Virus record (IMG/VR): IMGVR_UViG_3300028581_000010
Direction: 5' to 3' (one strand)
DNA: 64,000 nucleotides
Source of the DNA: a virus
Lineage: Duplodnaviria; Caudoviricetes
Position 1 is the stretch's first letter, and every line of letters begins with the position of its first letter. The notes below the pieces were generated by a model that worked only from the letters and a program-made list of their open reading frames with translations, had not been told where the DNA came from and did not search any database. A program made the position numbers and the translations under genes. Positions 26,423 to 35,723 of the stretch are shown here, in pieces.

Positions 26423-29196
26423 TATACCAAGCCCTGCTGGGCATTTAAAGGTTTAATTGATTGTGGTAGTTGATTAGTCGCGGGAACTTGTGTAGGAACT
26501 GTGTTGCGGACACCTTCCATCAGGCCTCCCTTGATATGATTGTTCTGTAGAATAGGTACAGCCCAATCGCGAAACTTCTTAGTAATATCGATCAGAGGCT
26601 TGGGGTCATCCTTTTGAATAGCCTCACCTATAGTGTTGTTGGCGCTCCTTGATAGAGTACCACGGAGCACGACGTCAACTGGCCCGAAATGCCCTGCTCT
26701 AGCCCCGCCAGCCCAGTTCTGTTTAACTCTAGCCCAGGCTTCAGGGTCGCCAACAGATATACGATTAGCAATACGCTCACCATCTGGATACTTAGGCGCC
26801 GGTGTTGGCTTGGGTGTGGCAGCTGGTCTGGGTACGTTTGACGCTAATTGAATAGCAGGCGCCGGGGGTGCCCCTGCTGTCTTGACCGTATCTGAGGGGT
26901 TCAGAGCTGAATTAAGTGCTAGCCCACCGCCACCAACGGCAAGAGCACCTGCACCAGCATAGCCTAGGCGCGTATTGCGCACATATCTAGGTAGTTCTCC
27001 TTTGATGGCGGCTACGGAGGCGTCGTATACACGTGGATCTTTCTCGATGAAACCACTAACCGACCCAGTGCCGTCTGCAATGTTAGATTCGATCATGTGA
27101 GGACGCCCAGCTTTGTCTATTCCGACGTCGAAGCCATGGTTGGCCTTGTGCAGAGGAGAATCCTTCATGCCGTCCAGTATCTGCTGCACGTGTTCCTCGG
27201 CTTTGCGTAGATTTCTGGGGCGCCACGGCAAATACGGCTCCACGGCAGATGCCACTGCGCCACCGCGGTTCATAGTGGCGAACGGAATTACTTTACCGTT
27301 TACTGTGTGTACTCTGTACTCTTTATTACCTGAAAAAGGCTTGGATACAGACTCGGGTACAAATTTATCAGCCAGCCTGGACAGCGGATTAGCCTTGGCC
27401 AGGTCCAGATCAGGTTGAACAACCCAGTCTGCATGGCTGTCAGGTGTGATATGACCCATGCTCTGCGTAAGCTTAGCCATGCGCTCGGGTGACATATTAC
27501 CTTTGTTACGAACAAACAGCTCTGGATGATCCTCGACACGGGAGTCCAACGAACCAAATCCTTTTCTCTGCTTAACCACCCAACCCTCGGGATAGGCTTT
27601 ATCAAGAGCAGCTGGATGAGCTTGCTGTGAACCAAGTACGTCGGCAAGCGTTTTAGTATTCTCTAATTCCTTAAAATGCTTGGATTCTAGAAGTTTATCG
27701 TCACCCACCTGCTTATAGAGCCTTTTCTCAGCAGGAGACACAGTATTCGTATGAGCAGGAGGCTTACCATCAAAGGTCGCCTTCATCTGTCCGGGAGTAA
27801 CAGTATCCTGGTTAAACACAAAACCACTATCGCGCATACCCTTCTGAACACGCTTGTTTCCCTTGATATCTTTTCTCGAGGCACGCTCGGTTAGCATTTT
27901 ATCTGAGTAGGCCTTGGCATTTCTACCATGTCCTGTACGCAACTCACGAGCAGCACGAACAAACGCACTAGTATCCTCGGTATCACTCTTCGGGCTGATA
28001 GTAGACAACCCCTTCTTACGTGTGGCAGCTGCTACCTCTTCACCGAACAGAGCGTTATCATAGTTGGGATTCCATAATTTTCTAAGCTTGGCTAGTATCG
28101 AGGATGGCGGTTTAACCGCCCCCTGTTTTCCCAACGTTGGCTCTTTCATCGAGGCCAAACGGGCAACAATGTCCGGTAAACACAGGACATGGGAGACTTT
28201 CTCGATAGGAAAACCTTGCAGGTCTTCTAAATACCGGACATTGCGGTCGGCTTCTTGAGCTAATTTTGGTAGAGCCTGAAGTGCCTTGTTGCTGTTTGAT
28301 TTTTTCCTACTATCTAATGCGTTGACCAGCCCGTGAGCCCGAGTAACCGTAGACGTGCCATAAGTTGCTTTCAATGAACGGAATAACGTATTATCTTCAT
28401 TCTTCGTAGGTAAACCGGGCTTCGCCGAGCTCCTTTCAAGAGAAAAACTAACAGGACTCTCCACCTGTTCAGCTGTTTTATTTAACTCACGAATATTATT
28501 CTCGATTTGAGCTATATGCATTTTGTCACGAAACTCTGCCGTCTTATCCTTGTTAAACAGCCTATGCAGCGCATCTATCTCCTGAGGAGGTAATGCTTCT
28601 ATTCCTGGACGAATCTTACCCAGCTGCTCCTTGGCGAATTGATCATGATTGTCTATATACTTCTCTCTCGCCTGCATTGCTGCTGTACCAAGCTCGGGAT
28701 GCTTCTCTATCTGTGCGATCAATCTGGCCTGGTCTGTGGGATGCATGGTAGACAGTGCTCCTGTTATGGACTCTCTCGCTGCTTCCTGCCCGTAGAATTG
28801 TGCCTTGGCACCTGCATGTGCATTGTTGATCTTATCTATTGTCTTCTTCGTCAGCTGGTCTCCCTGGTTCTCTCTGAATTTCGTCATCTGACCTCTGCCG
28901 GACATTAACCCGCCTAGTAGACCTGTTGCTGCTCCTATGCCACCACCTGTGAGTATTGCTTTGGTATATTTCTGCTGAGATTCCTCTGGTGTGAGCTCGG
29001 GTTCGTCTTCTTTTCTATTGTGCTGGGCAATATACTCCTTTACTCCACCCGATGCGGCACCTACCGTACCACCCGTGAGCGTTCCTATGCCTCCGTGCAG
29101 CATATAGAAATTCTTCAATTTCAGCTTGTCTACGAAGTTCTTCTTTACGAGATCCGCTATCTCTTTCTCTAGGGCGGGATTTACAATTCCAGGCAT
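26422..29196 (-). CDS. large modular protein with ATP-grasp (RimK/GshB-like) ligase domain and glycine-zipper helices
   Basis: GWVVKQRKGFGS, WVVQPDL, KEYRVHTVNG, HGFDVG, MIESN; GGIGTLTGGTVGAASGG, GGGIGAATGLLGG, GAGALAVGGGG. Confidence 0.8.
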   Translation of the reverse strand: MPGIVNPALEKEIADLVKKNFVDKLKLKNFYMLHGGIGTLTGGTVGAASGGVKEYIAQHNRKEDEPELTPEESQQKYTKAILTGGGIGAATGLLGGLMSGRGQMTKFRENQGDQLTKKTIDKINNAHAGAKAQFYGQEAARESITGALSTMHPTDQARLIAQIEKHPELGTAAMQAREKYIDNHDQFAKEQLGKIRPGIEALPPQEIDALHRLFNKDKTAEFRDKMHIAQIENNIRELNKTAEQVESPVSFSLERSSAKPGLPTKNEDNTLFRSLKATYGTSTVTRAHGLVNALDSRKKSNSNKALQALPKLAQEADRNVRYLEDLQGFPIEKVSHVLCLPDIVARLASMKEPTLGKQGAVKPPSSILAKLRKLWNPNYDNALFGEEVAAATRKKGLSTISPKSDTEDTSAFVRAARELRTGHGRNAKAYSDKMLTERASRKDIKGNKRVQKGMRDSGFVFNQDTVTPGQMKATFDGKPPAHTNTVSPAEKRLYKQVGDDKLLESKHFKELENTKTLADVLGSQQAHPAALDKAYPEGWVVKQRKGFGSLDSRVEDHPELFVRNKGNMSPERMAKLTQSMGHITPDSHADWVVQPDLDLAKANPLSRLADKFVPESVSKPFSGNKEYRVHTVNGKVIPFATMNRGGAVASAVEPYLPWRPRNLRKAEEHVQQILDGMKDSPLHKANHGFDVGIDKAGRPHMIESNIADGTGSVSGFIEKDPRVYDASVAAIKGELPRYVRNTRLGYAGAGALAVGGGGLALNSALNPSDTVKTAGAPPAPAIQLASNVPRPAATPKPTPAPKYPDGERIANRISVGDPEAWARVKQNWAGGARAGHFGPVDVVLRGTLSRSANNTIGEAIQKDDPKPLIDITKKFRDWAVPILQNNHIKGGLMEGVRNTVPTQVPATNQLPQSIKPLNAQQGLV

Positions 29197-29261
29197 ATTG
29201 TTATTATATAGAACTCGTTAGCTAAAGAAAAGAGTTTTTGAGGCTCTCTTCCTGTGAATTG

Positions 29262-29561
29262 TTACGAATTGTACCTCATGGCCTTCCTAACTACTCTGTC
29301 ATGTATCTTCTTGCTGAACTTATACATGTAGACTTCGGTCGGCCAGACCGATACGACGACATCCGCATTGGTATCTGCTGCTATTGCGCAGCAAAAACAG
29401 CTTCTCAGATGCTTGTCGTAAAACAGCTCGTATCTGCGCTCCTGGTTGCCGGAGAGCTTGACCGTTCTACCCGCTGCTATTAGCCCGAGGAGTTCGCTCT
29501 CCGAGGTTCTAGTGCGCTGATGCAGCCTCAGGCGAGCATGATCCGTTAGTAATACTGGCAT
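29262..29561 (-). CDS. hypothetical protein (DUF4258-like N-terminus)
   Basis: LLTDHARLRLHQR...VVVSVW. Confidence 0.6.
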   Translation of the reverse strand: MPVLLTDHARLRLHQRTRTSESELLGLIAAGRTVKLSGNQERRYELFYDKHLRSCFCCAIAADTNADVVVSVWPTEVYMYKFSKKIHDRVVRKAMRYNS

Positions 29562-29562
29562 G

Positions 29563-29784
29563 TCAGTGTCCCATTAGGCGCAAGCGGCCCACCAGCTCGC
29601 CATTGCAGTCTCTCGCCTTCCACTCGATGAACTCCTCATCGAACTCGTGCAGCTCTGTACCGTATAGCACGAGCACCTCCGTTTTCAGTACAATATCCAG
29701 GTCGAAACCTGGACCGATGGGTGGCTTTACCTGTGCCGCGAGGCATGCCGCTTCCCCTGTGAGTATCTTTAGAACTTTCATCAC
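29563..29784 (-). CDS. hypothetical protein
   Basis: 73-aa ORF coupled to neighbour. Confidence 0.6.
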   Translation of the reverse strand: MMKVLKILTGEAACLAAQVKPPIGPGFDLDIVLKTEVLVLYGTELHEFDEEFIEWKARDCNGELVGRLRLMGH

Positions 29785-30044
29785 CAGACTCCAGTGTGTG
29801 TTGACATTCTCAGCAGCGACTCACTCTGGTCCTCCCAGGATGCAGGCAACGGAGGCGGAGGAGGAAAGCGCTGCGCTATCTTCTTCAGATTAATTCTGCA
29901 CAGCACGTCCAGCCCCGCAGTCTGGCTCGGCTTTGTTTCCTTAGCCTCGCGCACGGCGTCCATGACCTCCGAAATGAGCTCCACCTGAGACTTACCCTCC
30001 TGCGAGCTGATGGTCTCTAACTTATTCAATATTTCCTTCCACAT
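29781..30044 (-). CDS. hypothetical protein
   Basis: First gene after promoter at 30085-30093. Confidence 0.7.
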   Translation of the reverse strand: MWKEILNKLETISSQEGKSQVELISEVMDAVREAKETKPSQTAGLDVLCRINLKKIAQRFPPPPPLPASWEDQSESLLRMSTHTGVW

Positions 30045-30084
30045 TTGTAAATTTCCTGTTGGTTATAACAGGCTCCTTCAATGG

Positions 30085-30146
30085 ATTATACCAGCATTCA
30101 CGAGCTAAAAAGAAGAAAGGAGAGGGCCCATCGCTGGACCCCCTCC
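30085..30146 (-). promoter_or_regulatory. terminator followed by TGGTATAAT promoter
   Basis: GAGGGGGTCC-AGCGAT-GGGCCCTCTC then T-rich tract; motif at 30085-30093. Confidence 0.75.
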
Positions 30147-30159
30147 TGGTTTTCTTTTC

Positions 30160-30237
30160 CTCCACGTTTGAAGTCGTGGAGTCTTCGGGCCATCTGTGGC
30201 GTTAGTCCCCCGTACGGAGGGTGGCCTATGACCCGAA
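30160..30237 (-). ncRNA. candidate structured RNA in a 3' UTR
   Basis: 10-bp stem TTCGGGTCAT/ATGGCCCGAA enclosing a CCCTCC-GTAC-GGGGG hairpin; second hairpin CTCCACG/CGTGGAG. Confidence 0.4.
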
Positions 30238-30242
30238 ATTTG

Positions 30243-30659
30243 TTAGTGCGCCTTGACCTTCGCCTTGCCCGCGGGCGCCGACTCCACAGGGAGCGGAGCT
30301 GCTTCGGCAGGCGCTGCTTCGGCAGGCGCCACCTCGATGGCTTGGGCGGGCTGCTGCTGAAGCTGCTCCTTGGCGGCCTGGGCCATACCCTGGAGTTGTC
30401 CGATCAGCGCGCCGAGCGCTTGGGTGTCCTGCTTCGCCACGACTCCGTCGGGAATCGAGACGATGAGCGGCTTTGTGCGCCCGCCGATTTTCTCGGCCAG
30501 GCTGTCGATGTGTCCGTCGAGAGGCGCGAACGCCAAACGGCTGACCCGGTCACCAAGCTCGACTCCGAGCTTGGCTGTGAAGCCGACGACCAGACCGGCC
30601 GCGGCGAGTTGGAAAAGCCCGACGCCTGGGGCGGCGGGAGATGTGGTGATACCTTCCAT
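30243..30659 (-). CDS. hypothetical protein with Ala/Pro-rich tail
   Basis: Strong GC3 codon bias, A/C-rich leader, promoter at 30746-30754. Confidence 0.75.
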   Translation of the reverse strand: MEGITTSPAAPGVGLFQLAAAGLVVGFTAKLGVELGDRVSRLAFAPLDGHIDSLAEKIGGRTKPLIVSIPDGVVAKQDTQALGALIGQLQGMAQAAKEQLQQQPAQAIEVAPAEAAPAEAAPLPVESAPAGKAKVKAH

Positions 30660-30861
30660 GGTTTTATTTGTTATTTGGTTTCTTGATCGGTTGCTGGCTA
30701 ATCTTTGCCCATTTCTGGGCGCAGCTAGTAGCTTCCTCTCAATTTATTATACCATTTTACACCCCCAAAACTCGGGGGGGGCACGCCTGAATAGAGGCTA
30801 ATTGGGCTTTTCGACCTCTCTGGAAGTGTTACCATTCCCATCCGCGGCTGCGGTCATTGGG

Positions 30862-31125
30862 TTAGCTCGCTTGGGCGGGGACTTTGCCTCCGCGCAGGTT
30901 GTTCATGCGGGCCCGCTCGAGCTCACGAGCCTTCCACGGGCTCTTGCGCTTATTGGCTGGGTTACGGTTTTTGTCGAGGAAGTCGGTGAAGCAATGCGCT
31001 CCCTTGAAGATTACGACCTGCTGGTCGACGGCCTTGGAGCCGTTTTGGGGAAAGTCTGCCTGTGCCCCCTTGATAACTTTTCTGCAATATCCTGCCTTGC
31101 GGAAGGAACGAACGGTGTGTCTCAT
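30862..31125 (-). CDS. basic hypothetical protein
   Basis: Start MRHTVRS at 31125; GC3-biased codons. Confidence 0.55.
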   Translation of the reverse strand: MRHTVRSFRKAGYCRKVIKGAQADFPQNGSKAVDQQVVIFKGAHCFTDFLDKNRNPANKRKSPWKARELERARMNNLRGGKVPAQAS

Positions 31126-31159
31126 GATGATTTTGTTACTGCGGTTTTGTTGTTTGTTG

Positions 31160-31630
31160 CTAGCGTTCCCAAAAGTTCCACCAGGGTTTCTCCTTTGGGC
31201 GATACTGTGCGTGCCTCCCAACGTATTGGGCTGTGATGTGGCGGGCCTTCATATCTATAAGCAGGGCGAGACCGTGAATGTGATGTGGCTTCTTGCATCG
31301 AATGAAGACGTCCGCATCATAGCTTTCGTACCACGTGGATGGCCCGCTTGCTGCCACGATCTTTATATGAAACTGTAAAGGCTCGAAGGTGTCTGCAAGC
31401 TTATGCATCTCCGAGAAATAGACTGGTAGCTTGCGCGCCACCAGGTTGTGAAGGTGTAGCACACCGGGGTAGCCGCGCATGTCCTCATACTGAGGCTGCT
31501 CGGTCATGTTCTGTTTGAATGTTGTGACTGAGATGCGTTTCTTCAGTTTAAGAAAAGCAGCCACGGCTTCTTGCTCGGGAGTACCTGGGTGCCAGGCCAG
31601 AGCTAAAATCTTTTCATCGGTAGCGTTCAT
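31160..31630 (-). CDS. hypothetical protein (DUF2786-like N-terminal helix)
   Basis: EKILALAWHPGTPEQEAVAA. Confidence 0.6.
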   Translation of the reverse strand: MNATDEKILALAWHPGTPEQEAVAAFLKLKKRISVTTFKQNMTEQPQYEDMRGYPGVLHLHNLVARKLPVYFSEMHKLADTFEPLQFHIKIVAASGPSTWYESYDADVFIRCKKPHHIHGLALLIDMKARHITAQYVGRHAQYRPKEKPWWNFWER

Positions 31631-31805
31631 ATGCTAAAGAAAGTAGCCCAGGACCAACGGGCACTTGCTGCACGCCCTTGGTATCGCCGTAGAGATCAAA
31701 CTTGACACCCTCATACCCCGCCTCCACTTTTTTGGTGCAGCTGGAGCATAAGAGCGTGGTGAATAACACTCCCATAAGGAGTCCGATATTGTTGTAGGTT
31801 TTCAT
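31614..31805 (-). pseudogene. truncated SPFH/band-7 lipoprotein (N-terminal fragment only)
   Basis: SSCTKKVEAGYEGVKFDLYGDTKGVQ...VGPG is the usual start of phage SPFH proteins but the ORF stops after 63 aa. Confidence 0.6.
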
Positions 31806-31824
31806 GTAGGTTTTGTGTTTGTTG

Positions 31825-32151
31825 TTAACTGTAGCGTCCGCTATTAACGGAGTTGCCACCATTGAACGCGCTGGCCAGCATTCGAGACTGCTCGAGTGCA
31901 AAGTGCTCAGGGCGATGGAACAGGGTGAAGTCATGCCTCGTTTGGTGTATTACTACACCTGAAGCATGATGGTTGGATTGTGCTAGTACGGCAGAGCTAG
32001 TACGCACTTGGCCATCCTGCATTATGTGCAAAGGCACGAAGGATTCCAGATAGTCACATCTGCGGCATATGAGCTCTTTGCCGCGCTTAACTCTGTAGGC
32101 TACCTGCCCACAGTCGCATAGACCTTCTTCGCGTATGGAGTGTTTAGGCAT
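31825..32151 (-). CDS. small protein with CxC...CxxC zinc ribbon
   Basis: LCDCGQVA...ICRRCDYLE. Confidence 0.65.
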   Translation of the reverse strand: MPKHSIREEGLCDCGQVAYRVKRGKELICRRCDYLESFVPLHIMQDGQVRTSSAVLAQSNHHASGVVIHQTRHDFTLFHRPEHFALEQSRMLASAFNGGNSVNSGRYS

Positions 32152-32155
32152 AGAA

Positions 32156-32539
32156 TTAATTCACGAGCGCACGCCCGCAGGTTCCTTGTACTTTAATCAC
32201 TTCCACACCATTTGCGGTTATGGTTACGCTGCCGGAGCTGTATGGCATACAGTAGGCCTCGCAGATACCCTCCTCGCGCCAGCGCAGCTGTTTATCCGCC
32301 GCGCGCTCCTCGGCTGTTTGTGCTACAGTACCGTGGAGCTTGTTCAGCTCGCGGCGTGCTGCCGCAGTGTTGAGCCTACCACTCAGAAGGCTGTTGGCAT
32401 AGTAGCGGAGCTCCAGCTCCCGACAATGCGCGCAAACGCCGTGCGCATCTTTCTTATTAAACTTCACTGCAACCCGCCCACAGTCGCAGTACTTGACATA
32501 CGGCTGGGGCGGTGTGCTCGTTGCTGTGCACATGGGCAT
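32156..32539 (-). CDS. small protein with CxC...CxxC zinc ribbon (paralog of neighbour)
   Basis: YCDCGRVA...VCAHCRELE. Confidence 0.7.
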   Translation of the reverse strand: MPMCTATSTPPQPYVKYCDCGRVAVKFNKKDAHGVCAHCRELELRYYANSLLSGRLNTAAARRELNKLHGTVAQTAEERAADKQLRWREEGICEAYCMPYSSGSVTITANGVEVIKVQGTCGRALVN

Positions 32540-32543
32540 ATCA

Positions 32544-32876
32544 TCAGGCGAACATGATTAGAGCCACAGCACCAACGCCAATGAGCGTAGCAAACCCATA
32601 TAGGAGTATTCCCTCGTTGCTGTGCACGGGTTCATACAGTGTGTACTTCCGTGTAGTAGCCTTCGTTGCCGCGTCGTGCTGCTCCGAGTCGAGGTTCTTG
32701 CGGAGCAAACGCTCGATGACGAGCCCTGTGCACCAGAGCGTGATCAGTACGACCACGACTCCGAGAAGGACCGAGAGTGTCGAAGCCTGCGACACGAGCC
32801 AGGGCACGATAAGGCCCAGAATGATAACGAGTAGAATAGCTGACACAGCTGCCAGCATGAGTTTATTGATGATCAT
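32544..32876 (-). CDS. membrane protein (3 TM)
   Basis: Three hydrophobic segments. Confidence 0.75.
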   Translation of the reverse strand: MIINKLMLAAVSAILLVIILGLIVPWLVSQASTLSVLLGVVVVLITLWCTGLVIERLLRKNLDSEQHDAATKATTRKYTLYEPVHSNEGILLYGFATLIGVGAVALIMFA

Positions 32877-32881
32877 ATAGG

Positions 32882-33514
32882 TTATTTGATTTTGTCTTCG
32901 TCTTCGGGATCAGGAGGCTGCGGAGGAGCCCCGGCATCCAGAATGTCCTGGAATACCTCATCCTCGTTCTTTCCTGCGAGTGGCATGCCTAGCACCGTTG
33001 CTGCGCCGCTGTTCAGTGCCTCGATGAGCTTTTCGCTGAGTGCAGCCGCACCGGAGCAGGCCTTTACGTTACCTGTGAGTGCATCGTATTGCGCGATGCC
33101 CACCTGTATGCGAATGTCCGTATGTGCGTCCGCACTGGTGATCTGCTTCATGCTGCCTGACCCGATCTGATTGGCAAGCTGTTCGAGCACATCGCGCTGT
33201 TCCTCGAACTCTCCCTGTGCGGCAAGCTCCATCAGCTCATCGCGGAAGGTATGCACGAGCGTATCGATCATCTCATGCACGTCCTCAGGGTCACCCTGAC
33301 AGCTACGGAAGTGTTTCACCAGTTCGCGGGCCTTTTCAGCCACAACCTCATCCGAGGCATACGCTTCCACGGATGTGATGAGAGACTCGAAGATCTCTTT
33401 GTGTGCATCCATGTGATCTCTCGAAGGCATGTTGCTTCTCCGGCACTCTTGCGCGGCGGCAAGAAACCGGTTAGTAGCATCTTCCATCTTTTTTAGAATG
33501 TCTGACAATTGCAT
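32882..33514 (-). CDS. acidic hypothetical protein
   Basis: 210-aa GC3-biased ORF. Confidence 0.8.
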   Translation of the reverse strand: MQLSDILKKMEDATNRFLAAAQECRRSNMPSRDHMDAHKEIFESLITSVEAYASDEVVAEKARELVKHFRSCQGDPEDVHEMIDTLVHTFRDELMELAAQGEFEEQRDVLEQLANQIGSGSMKQITSADAHTDIRIQVGIAQYDALTGNVKACSGAAALSEKLIEALNSGAATVLGMPLAGKNEDEVFQDILDAGAPPQPPDPEDEDKIK

Positions 33515-33516
33515 GG

Positions 33517-33693
33517 TTAGTTCTTGGGTTGCGAGGCGTTGAACGCGTCGATTTCCTTGATGCGCACCTTGGCGACATTGCGCCAGCGTGCTTTGGTTTT
33601 CTTCGAGACCAATTCAAAGGTCTCACCTTGTGCGAAGAGAGCGTCGATCTCCTCGCGGCTATCTGCGTTACGGATTTTATCCACTAGTCCCAT
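33517..33693 (-). CDS. 58-aa hypothetical protein (not in ORF track)
   Basis: MGLVDKIRNADSREEIDALF...; fills gap exactly, GC3-biased. Confidence 0.65.
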   Translation of the reverse strand: MGLVDKIRNADSREEIDALFAQGETFELVSKKTKARWRNVAKVRIKEIDAFNASQPKN

Positions 33694-33932
33694 AATAGGA
33701 GTTTGTTTCGAAGTGTGTTGACTCTGTTGTTGTAGCGGACTTCGTCGCGAAGCCCTGTTTCGTTGGTTTGTAGGAAATCGAAGCCCTGCTTGGGGCTGCC
33801 GATCGTCCTGTCGTGAGGTACAAACGTGCTCAATAGCGCGGTATGATAGCCGAAGTCGATGACCTCAGGCCCTATATCACATGCACGTTTCTTCTTAACT
33901 TTTCTTGCGGGTTTGCGTTTTGTAATAGGCAT
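33684..33932 (-). CDS. hypothetical protein
   Basis: 82-aa ORF directly downstream of the tRNA. Confidence 0.65.
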   Translation of the reverse strand: MPITKRKPARKVKKKRACDIGPEVIDFGYHTALLSTFVPHDRTIGSPKQGFDFLQTNETGLRDEVRYNNRVNTLRNKLLLWD

Positions 33933-33948
33933 CTGCGGGGAAAAGAAT

Positions 33949-34020
33949 TGGGGGCGGATGGATTCGAACCAACAACCAACCAGTTATGAGCCGGCTGCTC
34001 TACCGTTGAGCTACACCCCC
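33949..34020 (-). tRNA. tRNA with CAU anticodon (elongator Met or lysidine-type Ile2)
   Basis: GGGGGTGTAGCTCAACGGTAGAGCAGCCGG-CTCATAA-CTGGTTGGTTGTTGGTTCGAATCCATCCGCCCCCA; G1-C72 so not initiator; no encoded CCA. Confidence 0.9.
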
Positions 34021-34025
34021 AATGT

Positions 34026-35723
34026 TTAGTCTTTCCGTGGTTCAGGTAACCCGTCGTCCTCGACAGGTATCTCCTCCTGAAATTTGAAGTACGGACAGGC
34101 CTGTTCCTTCTGGGCCTTGATGAGGATTCCGACGTACTTCACGAAGATCCAGCAGTTCTTGATGATCTTATACAGCACGGTGCCAACAGGGCTGATGAGA
34201 TCGTAGCATGGATCTGTAACTTTGTGGCACATGGCCTCCCACTTGGCGGCAATGGCTTTTTTCTCCTTTGCCGCCTCGTTGAGTTGCTTGCGGCAGAGGT
34301 TTACCTCGCGCATGCATGCGACAATAAGCTTTTGACCTTCAACCGAGTCGCGGACCTCCACATCAACCGCGTAGCTGGGAGAGGTGTCACCAGGAACAAG
34401 ATCGTAGATCGTCAGCCATACGCTGGACTCTACGCCGTAACACATGGCGATTGCCGTCTTGGCTACGTTCGAGGAATACCTCTGGCGCACCATGCGCTGC
34501 TTACCTTGCAGCCGATGCGTAAGGTGTACAAGCTTCGCAGCAGGCACAGTAATAGCCTCACCATCAGCCGCCAGCTTTATGGCAGCAGGCTTGACAAGAG
34601 TACGCAACCATGGCAGCATCGCCTTTCTGTAGTAGCGCAACATAATAGCGTCCTCGGCAGTCGGGCGCCCCATTGTGCCGAAGAAATTACCCGGATATTC
34701 TTGGCAGTAATCCTCTGCAGATGAAGCGAGGATTGTGGTCAGGTAGTCAGCCCACTCATCTATGCTTGATGGCTTCGGTTTGGCTGCTTCGACGAACTTT
34801 CCAGCGTCGCCGAACAACATAAACCAAGTAGCTGCAAGTAGTACGAGCCACAATGCGGTGAGGACCAATACCAGTCCAAGATTAGCCATCACAATAGCGG
34901 GAATGGACAGTAGAAAGCCTACGAGCCCAGCCCATATCGCCACAGCCACTACAGCCACAATATGCCACAACCAAGCGGCAATGGAGCATACGAAGCCAAC
35001 AGTAGATGTAAACATTCCTGGTGCAAAGAAAACACCACTCACCACAGCCATGGCGATCCAGGCATAGATGTATATTTCAGAGTGACATCCTTTGTAGGCG
35101 TGGTCGTAGCGGCGTCTGTCACTAACATATGACTTATGTATGAGCACGCATATGCCTGTGATCAGCCCACTCAACAACATTACTATACTATACGTGACGC
35201 TCATCGGAAGAAGCCAGCATACTTTCAACATCTGTATAACACCACAGACGACAATGCTAGCCAGGACCAGTATACTCATCGCCACGATAAGCGCGAGTAT
35301 GGTTACAAAGCCAGGTATCTCGATCTGCGCCAGCGGACTGGCCGTGAACCACTTGGGTCCGTGCTTGCGTATGAGTCTGTCAGGCACGCCGAGCATCTTG
35401 CCGAACACGCGGCACAGCGGAATGATGGTCATGCGAATGACGAACACCGCGGGCATGAAGACGAGAATGGAGAACATCGCCATCCAGAAGTAGGGGCATA
35501 CCGTAAAACCTTGAGGCATGCTGTGGTTCCAGAGCTCATTCTGGAATAGATATTTGAATGCTTTATATATCGTTGAGGAGGGCCGAAACCACTCCTGTAC
35601 GATGTTGCGTGGAACTAACATATTGTTTTGTGTTTTGCCTCGAGCACCACGCCTTCTGCAGGTGTATAAGACCAGGTCATGGAATGAGGTAAGAAGTAGC
35701 GGTGGATTTCGTAGTGCTGCCAC
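34026..35723 (-). CDS. polytopic membrane protein (start probably MLVPRN)
   Basis: Multiple long hydrophobic segments in the N-terminal two thirds. Confidence 0.8.
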   Translation of the reverse strand: MAALRNPPLLLTSFHDLVLYTCRRRGARGKTQNNMLVPRNIVQEWFRPSSTIYKAFKYLFQNELWNHSMPQGFTVCPYFWMAMFSILVFMPAVFVIRMTIIPLCRVFGKMLGVPDRLIRKHGPKWFTASPLAQIEIPGFVTILALIVAMSILVLASIVVCGVIQMLKVCWLLPMSVTYSIVMLLSGLITGICVLIHKSYVSDRRRYDHAYKGCHSEIYIYAWIAMAVVSGVFFAPGMFTSTVGFVCSIAAWLWHIVAVVAVAIWAGLVGFLLSIPAIVMANLGLVLVLTALWLVLLAATWFMLFGDAGKFVEAAKPKPSSIDEWADYLTTILASSAEDYCQEYPGNFFGTMGRPTAEDAIMLRYYRKAMLPWLRTLVKPAAIKLAADGEAITVPAAKLVHLTHRLQGKQRMVRQRYSSNVAKTAIAMCYGVESSVWLTIYDLVPGDTSPSYAVDVEVRDSVEGQKLIVACMREVNLCRKQLNEAAKEKKAIAAKWEAMCHKVTDPCYDLISPVGTVLYKIIKNCWIFVKYVGILIKAQKEQACPYFKFQEEIPVEDDGLPEPRKD

